From an archaeon (GTDB lineage: Archaea > Nanobdellota > Nanobdellia > Pacearchaeales > UBA284), in assembly GCA_020343435.1 (NCBI GenBank), contig CP070794.1:33891-78301 (forward strand): a stretch of DNA of 44,411 nt, read 5' to 3'. Position numbers and translations under genes: made by a program. Below the pieces are notes generated by a model. It was not told the DNA's origin. It did no database searches and was given only the letters and a program-made list of their open reading frames with translations. Shown here in pieces: positions 37,268 through 44,411 of this stretch (positions within the stretch are counted from its first letter, which is position 1; each line of letters starts with the position of its first letter).

Positions 37268-37497
37268 TAAGCCGATTAGGACATTTCGGTTGCTCTGGAA
37301 AGAGTGCTACTACAGGGCCTCTGTTCAGTGTCTTGCAAGTAGTTTTGCGACTGGACTACAAACTCGCATTACGAAACCTGCACTGTTTAAGCTTATCTGT
37401 GGGGCGAAGGAGACAACCTCTAAAACAAGCCAATAGGTTCGTCTAAAGTTTGGTAGTTGTTTGAGGCACTTTTTCACCGAGTCCAGATATCGGCTTA
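37268..37497 (+). ncRNA. Unclassified ~230-nt structured RNA
   Basis: About 45% GC by hand count in a strongly AT-rich window, with no ORF in the track. Nested helices close the 5' and 3' ends (TAAGCCGAT/ATCGGCTTA and others); G-U pairs favour the + strand; TATA box upstream. Confidence 0.75.
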
Positions 37498-37516
37498 ATA
37501 TTCAAAAGAGGGTGAA

Positions 37517-37690
37517 ATGGTTAGAAGAAAAAGAAAGAAAAAAAGAAGAAGAGGAGTTAGAAGAAAAATTAAAAAAGTTAAAAAAAGAGTAAAAAAAAGA
37601 ACCCAAAAAAAACATTCAAGAAGAGCAAGTAAAAAAAACAAGATTTCTAAAGTTAAAAAATTATTAAGACTTTACAAAAGAAGAAAGTAG
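37517..37690 (+). CDS. Protamine-like Arg/Lys-rich peptide (57 aa); not in ORF track
   Basis: MVRRKRKKKRRRGVRRKIKKVKKRVKKRTQKKHSRRASKKNKISKVKKLLRLYKRRK; GAGGGTGA Shine-Dalgarno-like at 37508-15. Confidence 0.72.
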   Translation: MVRRKRKKKRRRGVRRKIKKVKKRVKKRTQKKHSRRASKKNKISKVKKLLRLYKRRK

Positions 37691-37734
37691 TTCTATAACA
37701 AAAGATTTATAATTTAATTTAGTGATATATATCT

Positions 37735-40700
37735 ATGAAAAGAGGGGCATTAATCCTAGTTTTAATTATTTTATTTTTTGTAAGTATAACTCTAATTTCT
37801 GCAGAAGAATATATTGAAGATGGCTATAAATATGCTAATTATAGCCAATTCTTATTTTCTTCAAAAAACAAGATTTCTTGTACTTATTTGCCAGGTGAAG
37901 ATTGGAAAACATGTGAACCAATTGTTGAAGTAAATAATACAGGTGATAATGAATCTATAAACAAAAATCTAATATCTAAAGTAGTAGATATCCCTAGTAG
38001 AAATCTAGATATCTACTATACTTATGATTTTGAGTATTATAATGAATCTATTTATTTTGATGTAGAGAATGAGACAGATATAGAATGTCTTGAGGATTTT
38101 GATTGTGATGATGATAATGAAGATACTTGGGATTTTTGTGTTGGGGTAAATATAACAAACATGACTGAAGGTAATTGTACTTACCATTACCAAGACTATT
38201 ATAATGTTCTTAGAAAAAGGTTTCTTAATTGGCAAGAAGCTGGAAATCAAATAGTACTTCAGACAGGAATAACTGGATTAATGTTGGTATTTGATGTTGA
38301 AAAATACAAAGCAGGACATTTTAATGTTAGTGTTGGGAGTTATACAATTGATCCAGATATTGATGCTTGTGGAACATTATCAAGTGCAAACACAATTTAC
38401 ACTTTAAATCAAAGTGTAAATTCAACAGGAACTTGTTTCAACATTACAGCCAATAATGTAACATTGGATTGTGCTGGTTATTGGTTAAATATAACTGATT
38501 CTGGAACCACTTATGCTGTTTATTCTGATCAAAATGATACAACAGTCAAGAATTGTTATATCTGGGATGTTAGTGGAGATGCAGATGGAATAACATTTAG
38601 TGGTGTTAATGGTGCTACAATTTTTAATAATACAATGAATTCAAGTTCTTCTGGAGCTGATTTTATTACCATAACTAATAGTGATGACATAAATGTTACA
38701 GGAAATACAGGTTTTACGAGTGGTGGTAGTTCAAGGACTATGTTTTACACTTATTCATCTAACAATATATATCTTAATAATAATAACATGACACATTGGG
38801 GTGGGGGAAGTGCTGGTAATGCTTATAGAATTGGTGCTAGTTATCTTGGATGTGAAAATGTTACTATTCAAAATTCTTATGGTTATTCAGGGTCTTCTTA
38901 TACTTTGGAGATTGTAGGTTCAAAAAATGTTTCAGTAATTAATTCAAATTTTTCTAGTGATAATGTTGGAATTATAAATTTTGCATCTTCATCTGGTTCA
39001 ATAGACTATTATAATCATACATTTACAAATTGTCGTGGTCCTGATGGTGGTTTTGTAAATTATAGTGTTAATGTAAGTGGAATTGTATTAGAAGACCTTA
39101 ATTATTCAGGAGATCATGATTGGATTGGTTTTGCATTTAGTGATAATATAACTATAGATAATTCAACATTTGATGGATCAATAAAGTTTTACTATACAGA
39201 CAATGTATCAATAAATGATGTAACTATTGATACTTCGTGGGAGTATGGTCTTTATTTTTCAAATTCTGATTATTTCAATATAAGTGATTGTTCTATAAAA
39301 GCTGACAATTATAAGTTTTATCAAAGTAGTTCTGATTATTTTAATGTAAGTAATATCACTTTTCCTAGTTATGGTTCAACATATATTTATATTGGTGGTT
39401 CAAGTGATTCAAATTATTCTAGCATGTTTGCTGATGATACTAATGGTTACCCTATGTTAGGATTAGGGTCTGGAAATGATAATCTTTATTTTGATGATAT
39501 TCATTTAAGCACTCAATGTGATGGTTGTTCTAGTGGAACAGCAAGAACGGTTTCTATAACAGGAGATCAAGATAACATTGTTTTTAATAATTCTGTTTTA
39601 ATTAATAATAGAACTACAAGCTGGAACGGAAATAGTCCTTCAATCTATGTTGATGCTGGAACTATGACTAATGTTTCTATATATAATTCAAATTTAACAA
39701 ATTATATTTGGGCAGATGTTTATTGGGACAGCGCAAGCGTTTCAGGAACAATAGATAGAATAAATTGCACAGTATATAATGATTCAAGTGCTGACAAATA
39801 TGACAAATTTGCAGGAGACCTTGGAGCAGTTACAAGGCAATGGTATGCAGATACTTATGTTAATGATACTGCAGGAAGTGCAATAGAAGGTGCAAATGTC
39901 TCAATAACAGATGTTAATTCTAATCTCATTAATTGGAGTTTAACTAATTCTTCTGGATATATCCAAAGATTAACTTTAAGAGAATACTGGCAAAACTACA
40001 CAGCAACTTATTATGATACTAATTATACATTTAATGGAACTTTAGCTGGTTATAATGATGACTCAGAGGAAGTTAATTTAACTAATAATAGAATTAGTGG
40101 AGATGGTGGGATAATTGCTCTAACTTTGCCTCCTGAAGATACAACAGATCCCACTGCAACCTTAGGAACCAATCCTATTGATAATTATGATACTTCAAAT
40201 ACATCAGTTACTTTTGATTTCAAATGTTCAGATAATCTTGGTATAGCTAAGGTAGAATTATGGGGTAATTGGACAGGATCTTGGCATGCCAATTATACTA
40301 ATTCTAGCTATACAAACAATACTTGGTTAAATATTACAGTAAATAACTTTTCAGAAGGAACTTATATCTGGGGAGTTTATTGTAATGACAGTTATGGAAA
40401 TGATAACTGGACAAGTAATAGAACATTTACAATAAGTACTGCTTCTTCTCCAGAAACTCCTGGAGCATCTCCTGGAGGAACTGGAAGTTCTGGTGGAGAA
40501 GGAGTAGATCAGAGTTTGAGAGAAAAGTATTTTTGGCTAAATAATGTAACTTTAGATGAAAATAACAATTCTTATTTTAAGAAATGGGAAAGAGTTCTTA
40601 TAGATGTAAATGGAACAAACCATTCTTTTGGGGTTATAGATATACAATCTGGAAGAGCAAGTGTTCTGGCACAGAGTGCAAACCAATTTGCAGTATTATA

Positions 40701-41028
40701 TTTAGGAGATGAGAGAAAATTCGAAGTAAATGGAGATTCTTTTTATGATGTATATGTAAGATTAAATGACTTATATACTCATAAGGTAAATTTAACTGTT
40801 AGAAAGATTCATGAAGGGTTTTATACTGGTGAAACAGGGGAAGGAGAAACAGCTTCTGAAGAAGATGGAAAATCAGAAAATCTTGTTACTTATATTGAAG
40901 GATTTTCTGAAAACCTGTTATCAGTCTACCAAATCCTCATAATAGTTCTAGTTATTTTTGCTGTTATTATTCTAACCCAGGTTTTTAGAAAAAAGAGAGA
41001 TTTAAGATCCGTAAGCTTTAAATACTGA
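37735..41028 (+). CDS. Large surface glycoprotein with right-handed parallel beta-helix and Ig-like domains, C-terminal TM
   Basis: Signal peptide; TCFNITANNVTLDCAG (beta-helix cap), Asn/Ser-rich repeats, GTYIWGVYCND Ig motif, very many NxS/T sequons, TM + RKKR. Confidence 0.88.
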   Translation: MKRGALILVLIILFFVSITLISAEEYIEDGYKYANYSQFLFSSKNKISCTYLPGEDWKTCEPIVEVNNTGDNESINKNLISKVVDIPSRNLDIYYTYDFEYYNESIYFDVENETDIECLEDFDCDDDNEDTWDFCVGVNITNMTEGNCTYHYQDYYNVLRKRFLNWQEAGNQIVLQTGITGLMLVFDVEKYKAGHFNVSVGSYTIDPDIDACGTLSSANTIYTLNQSVNSTGTCFNITANNVTLDCAGYWLNITDSGTTYAVYSDQNDTTVKNCYIWDVSGDADGITFSGVNGATIFNNTMNSSSSGADFITITNSDDINVTGNTGFTSGGSSRTMFYTYSSNNIYLNNNNMTHWGGGSAGNAYRIGASYLGCENVTIQNSYGYSGSSYTLEIVGSKNVSVINSNFSSDNVGIINFASSSGSIDYYNHTFTNCRGPDGGFVNYSVNVSGIVLEDLNYSGDHDWIGFAFSDNITIDNSTFDGSIKFYYTDNVSINDVTIDTSWEYGLYFSNSDYFNISDCSIKADNYKFYQSSSDYFNVSNITFPSYGSTYIYIGGSSDSNYSSMFADDTNGYPMLGLGSGNDNLYFDDIHLSTQCDGCSSGTARTVSITGDQDNIVFNNSVLINNRTTSWNGNSPSIYVDAGTMTNVSIYNSNLTNYIWADVYWDSASVSGTIDRINCTVYNDSSADKYDKFAGDLGAVTRQWYADTYVNDTAGSAIEGANVSITDVNSNLINWSLTNSSGYIQRLTLREYWQNYTATYYDTNYTFNGTLAGYNDDSEEVNLTNNRISGDGGIIALTLPPEDTTDPTATLGTNPIDNYDTSNTSVTFDFKCSDNLGIAKVELWGNWTGSWHANYTNSSYTNNTWLNITVNNFSEGTYIWGVYCNDSYGNDNWTSNRTFTISTASSPETPGASPGGTGSSGGEGVDQSLREKYFWLNNVTLDENNNSYFKKWERVLIDVNGTNHSFGVIDIQSGRASVLAQSANQFAVLYLGDERKFEVNGDSFYDVYVRLNDLYTHKVNLTVRKIHEGFYTGETGEGETASEEDGKSENLVTYIEGFSENLLSVYQILIIVLVIFAVIILTQVFRKKRDLRSVSFKY

Positions 41029-41142
41029 AAATAGCACTTAAATTTAGTAATTCACCAATCACAATTCAAATTCATATTTAATTTTTAGGTTTGAATTAAT
41101 AGTACAGAGATTTCTAAATAAATTTAAATATAAATGTAAAAA

Positions 41143-42294
41143 ATGGGAAAAATAAGTCCCCCTTCAATAAAGTATATTATTAAGGTAAAATTTACTGCAG
41201 AAGGGGTAGTAGAGAAGCCTGATGTAATCGGAGCTATCTTCGGGCAAACAGAGGGTTTGTTAGGAGAAGAGCTTGAATTAAGAGAATTACAGAAAAAAGG
41301 TAAGATCGGAAGGATTGAAGCAGAGTTAAGAGTAGAGGATTCTAAGACATACGGAGATATTGAAGTTCCAACCTCTATTGATAAAACAGAAACTACAATG
41401 ATTGCAGCAGCTGTAGAGACTATTGATCGTGTAGGCCCATGTGATGCTAAGTTTGAAATCCAAGATGTAGAGGATGTAAGAAGTAGCAAGAGACAGTATA
41501 TTGTTGATAGAGCAAAAGCTTTACTTGGTAAATTATCAGCAAAATTACCTGAAAGTAAAGAAATTGAAGGAAAAATTGTTAGAGGTACTAAAACTGCGAA
41601 AGTTATTTCTTATGGAGAAGATAAATTAGCAGCTGGTCCTGATGTTGAAAAAAGCAAAGAGATCATAGTTGTTGAAGGCAGAGCAGATGTTATTAGTTTG
41701 CTCAAAGCTGGAATTAAGAATGCTATAGCTATGAAAGGAACTACTTTACCTAAAACAGTTAAAGAATTATCTAAATCAAAAGATATCACTCTTTTTGTTG
41801 ATGGAGATCGTGGTGGTTTATTAATTGTTAAAGGAGTTTTAGACTCTATTGATATTAATAAAATTGCTAGAGCTCCAGATGGTAAAGAAGTTGAGGAGTT
41901 AACAGAGAAAGAGATTGTAGCATGTTTAAGAAATGCAAAATCTGTCCAAGATTTTTCAGATGCTAACCTTAGGAAAGGAATTAGAAGAACTGTTGAACCA
42001 GTAAAAGAAGAACCAGTTAATGTGGAAGATCTTATGAAAACAGTTAATGGTAAGAAAAAAATAGTTATTGTTTTAGCTACAAGTAGAGGAAATAGAATTC
42101 TTACTAGATCTGTTACTAGTTTAACAAAAACTTTGCATTCTCTTAAAGACTCTAATAAGAAGATCTTAGCTTTGATTATTGACGGAAACTTAACAGCAAG
42201 AGTTTTAAAACTAGCTGAAAGGTTAGGATGTAAACAAATTGCTGCAAAGAATTTTTCTGCAACAAGCGACAAAGTTAAATTTTTATCTTTTTAA
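41143..42294 (+). CDS. dnaG: Archaeal DnaG (TOPRIM, exosome-associated)
   Basis: GVVEKPDVIGAIFGQTEGLLG, VEGRADV, DGDRGG, RAP.GKEVEEL. Confidence 0.96.
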   Translation: MGKISPPSIKYIIKVKFTAEGVVEKPDVIGAIFGQTEGLLGEELELRELQKKGKIGRIEAELRVEDSKTYGDIEVPTSIDKTETTMIAAAVETIDRVGPCDAKFEIQDVEDVRSSKRQYIVDRAKALLGKLSAKLPESKEIEGKIVRGTKTAKVISYGEDKLAAGPDVEKSKEIIVVEGRADVISLLKAGIKNAIAMKGTTLPKTVKELSKSKDITLFVDGDRGGLLIVKGVLDSIDINKIARAPDGKEVEELTEKEIVACLRNAKSVQDFSDANLRKGIRRTVEPVKEEPVNVEDLMKTVNGKKKIVIVLATSRGNRILTRSVTSLTKTLHSLKDSNKKILALIIDGNLTARVLKLAERLGCKQIAAKNFSATSDKVKFLSF

Positions 42295-42320
42295 TTTTTT
42301 ATTTTTTAAAAAAAGAATTC

Positions 42321-43604
42321 TTAAGCTTTAGCTACCTTATCAATACATGCACCTGCAGCAACTGTTTGACCCATATCTCTAATAGCAAATCTTGCCATGT
42401 GTGGGTTTTCTTTCTGAGTTTCTATAATTAATGGTTTTACTGGTTTCAATTTAACAATTGCTACGTCTCCGTTTTTCAAGTAATCTGGTTTTTCTTTGAT
42501 TACTTGTCCTGTTTTAGGATCCATTTGTCTTACTAGTTCTGTAAATTGAACTGGTATTTGTGCTGTATGAACATGTAATACTGGTTGATATCCTACTGCA
42601 ATAACAGTTGGGTGGTTAATTACAACAATTTGTGCTGTAAACTCATCAATAACTTTTGGAGCAGTATCTGGATGACAGATAACATCTCCTCTTGCAATAT
42701 CTTGTTTTCCAACTCCCCTCATATTAATACCAACATTATCTCCTGCTTCCCCTTGTTTTAATGCTTCATGGTGCATCTCTACTGTTTTTACTTCTCCTGT
42801 AACTCCTTTTCCAGATCTAGCAGGTAGGACTAAAATCTTGTCCCCAGGTTTCATTATTCCTGTAGTAATTTTTCCTACTGGAACTGTTCCTACTCCTGTA
42901 ATAGAGTAAACATTTTCAATAGGCATTCTTAATGGTAAATCAGTAGGTTTCTTTGGTGGTTCAAAAATATCAAATTGTTCAAGTAAAGTAGGACCATTGA
43001 ACCATTTCAATTTTTCAGATTTTTTAGTTACGTTTTCTCCAAATTGAGCACTTGCTGGAATAAAATTTATCTTATCTAATTTATAACCTGTTTGTTTTAA
43101 CAGGTTACCTAGATCTTCTTTCACTTTGTTGTATTTATCCTGAGCATAATCAATAGTATCCATCTTATTAACTAGAACTGCTATTTGATCTACACCCATT
43201 GTTCTACATAACCATAAGTGTTCTTTTGTTTGAGCCATAACCCCTGATTTTACATCTACAACAAGAATTGCAGCATCTGCTTGAGATGTTCCAGTAATCA
43301 TGTTTTTAACAAAATCTCTGTGTCCTGGAGCATCAATAATAGTAACTTGGTATTTTTTAGTCATTAATTTCTTATAAGCAAGATCAATTGTAACCCCTCT
43401 TTCTCTCTCTTCTTTTAAATGATCCATGACATAGGCGAATTCAAAACCTTTTTTTCCAAGTTTTTCAGCTATCTCTTTCATTTTGTTTAGCTCTTGCTCA
43501 GAGAAGTTTCCATTCTCAAAGAGCATTCTACCTACAGCTGTACTTTTTCCGTGGTCGACGTGACCTACGAAAATTACATTGAAATTTGGTTTCTCTCCTG
43601 CCAT
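42321..43604 (-). CDS. tuf: Translation elongation factor EF-1alpha
   Basis: [43 protein letters not shown]. Confidence 0.98.
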   Translation of the reverse strand: MAGEKPNFNVIFVGHVDHGKSTAVGRMLFENGNFSEQELNKMKEIAEKLGKKGFEFAYVMDHLKEERERGVTIDLAYKKLMTKKYQVTIIDAPGHRDFVKNMITGTSQADAAILVVDVKSGVMAQTKEHLWLCRTMGVDQIAVLVNKMDTIDYAQDKYNKVKEDLGNLLKQTGYKLDKINFIPASAQFGENVTKKSEKLKWFNGPTLLEQFDIFEPPKKPTDLPLRMPIENVYSITGVGTVPVGKITTGIMKPGDKILVLPARSGKGVTGEVKTVEMHHEALKQGEAGDNVGINMRGVGKQDIARGDVICHPDTAPKVIDEFTAQIVVINHPTVIAVGYQPVLHVHTAQIPVQFTELVRQMDPKTGQVIKEKPDYLKNGDVAIVKLKPVKPLIIETQKENPHMARFAIRDMGQTVAAGACIDKVAKA

Positions 43605-43641
43605 GTTATTTTGGAGAAAATTTAGTTTATAAAGCTTTCGT

Positions 43642-44409
43642 TTATTTCCAGAATTTTAATGCTTGTCCTAATTCTTCGTGGTACTTTGCATAATGTTTTA
43701 TTGGAATTTTTTTCATTACTGCATCAGTAGCTTGTCTAACTGCTTTTGCTCCTGCTTCTGTTCCTTTCGGATGTCCATGAATTCCCCCACCGAACTGCAT
43801 AATAATATTTTTTCCAAGATATTTTATCAAAGCTGGAACATGTCCTGGGTGTAATCCTCCTGAACAAACAGCAAAAACTGGTTTTTTATTAAACCATTTT
43901 TGTTCTAGAACATGAGAATCTTTTTTTATTAATTCATGTTCTATTTCTTGATCAATATGAATAATTTCTTGTTTTGGACCCTCCATTTTTCCAACAATAG
44001 TTCCAATATGTAATTGATCTAATCCGATTAATCTACATATTTTTGCAATAACTAACATAGATATCCCATGTTTTTTACTTCTTGTAAATGCTGCATGTCC
44101 TGCTCTGTGTGCATGAAGAACTAATTTTAATTTTTTATTAAATTCTCTTAAGGTTTGTAGTGATGACCAACCTAAACTTACAATATCAACCATCGCATAT
44201 TCAGATCCAATTCTTTTTACAAACTCTGCTCTATCTAACATCTCTTGTACTTCTGCAGTTATATTTGGCATATAGATTTTTCTTTCTCCAGTAATTTTTT
44301 CTGCTAAATCTCTTGCTTTCAATGTTAATAGAACCCTTTTTTCAAATTTGTTAAAAGACTGAGAAGTTAAGTTTTCATCATCTTTTACTATATCACATCC
44401 TCCTAACCA
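43642..44409 (-). CDS. rbcL: RuBisCO large subunit, form III-type (3' part; 5' end outside the window)
   Basis: The frame stays open past 44322 to the edge: [14 protein letters not shown] (carbamylation motif). Also HAHRAGH, loop-6 [22 protein letters not shown]. Confidence 0.93.
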   Translation of the reverse strand, partial: WLGGCDIVKDDENLTSQSFNKFEKRVLLTLKARDLAEKITGERKIYMPNITAEVQEMLDRAEFVKRIGSEYAMVDIVSLGWSSLQTLREFNKKLKLVLHAHRAGHAAFTRSKKHGISMLVIAKICRLIGLDQLHIGTIVGKMEGPKQEIIHIDQEIEHELIKKDSHVLEQKWFNKKPVFAVCSGGLHPGHVPALIKYLGKNIIMQFGGGIHGHPKGTEAGAKAVRQATDAVMKKIPIKHYAKYHEELGQALKFWK

Positions 44410-44411
44410 AG

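Noticed and set aside
37268-37497. Calling the RNA SRP RNA, RNase P RNA, tRNA or a hammerhead ribozyme
   Set aside because: No SRP helix-8 motif, no GAGGAAAGUCC, no cloverleaf and no CUGANGA core. The 3' CCAGATATCGGCTTA resembles RNase P CR-V but simply pairs with the 5' end.
37735-37800. Class III (pilin) signal peptide in MKRG-ALIL
   Set aside because: Fits equally well with an ordinary Sec signal (ISA/EE), and the protein has a C-terminal anchor.
4055-38250. Remaining short overlapping ORFs (4055, 5843, 7675, 12790, 14141, 15256, 15545, 16822, 17434, 18886, 20494-22713, 23223-25479, 28323-30222, 32307, 38005)
   Set aside because: Lie within or largely overlap well-supported genes, antisense or out of frame, with biased F/L/S/I composition.
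41124-42272. 121-aa and 220-aa minus-strand ORFs
   Set aside because: Antisense to dnaG.
44320-44322. TTG start of the 226-aa ORF
   Set aside because: The frame continues upstream through the KDDE motif; the gene is truncated by the window.
1-44411. CRISPR array, rRNA/tRNA, IS/integrase, reverse transcriptase/DGR, inteins
   Set aside because: No spaced repeats, RNA gene signatures, recombinase or RT motifs seen, and the housekeeping proteins show no intein-sized insertions.

Overview
AT-rich archaeal chromosomal window, most likely DPANN (Pacearchaeota/Woesearchaeota-like). That placement is inferred from archaeal Kae1, L7Ae-S28e-L24e, RFC S/L, GatD, EF-1alpha, archaeal DnaG, TATA/BRE promoters, a form III-type RuBisCO and large secreted surface proteins. 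Housekeeping genes (kae1, r-proteins, rfcS/L, smc, nfo, lig, tyrS, ftsZ, gatD, dnaG, tuf, rbcL) are mixed with a Tad/type IV pilus ATPase-platform cluster, a glycosyltransferase cluster and five surface-protein genes. I found four small ORFs missed by the track (rpl24e, a 43-aa peptide and two very basic peptides) plus a partial ORF at the left edge. Main observations: (1) an unclassified ~230-nt structured, promoter-bearing ncRNA with a possible pseudoknot, directly upstream of a protamine-like 57-aa peptide; (2) an Smc with a condensin-type head whose hinge appears replaced by a central Rad50-like CxxC zinc hook; (3) single accessory genes slotted into operons and flanked by short direct repeats centred on start codons; (4) a secreted VanY-like peptidoglycan peptidase in an archaeon; (5) a 16-nt inverted sequence shared by the 3' ends of ftsZ and the S-layer-like gene. 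No CRISPR array, tRNA, rRNA, transposase or integrase was seen.
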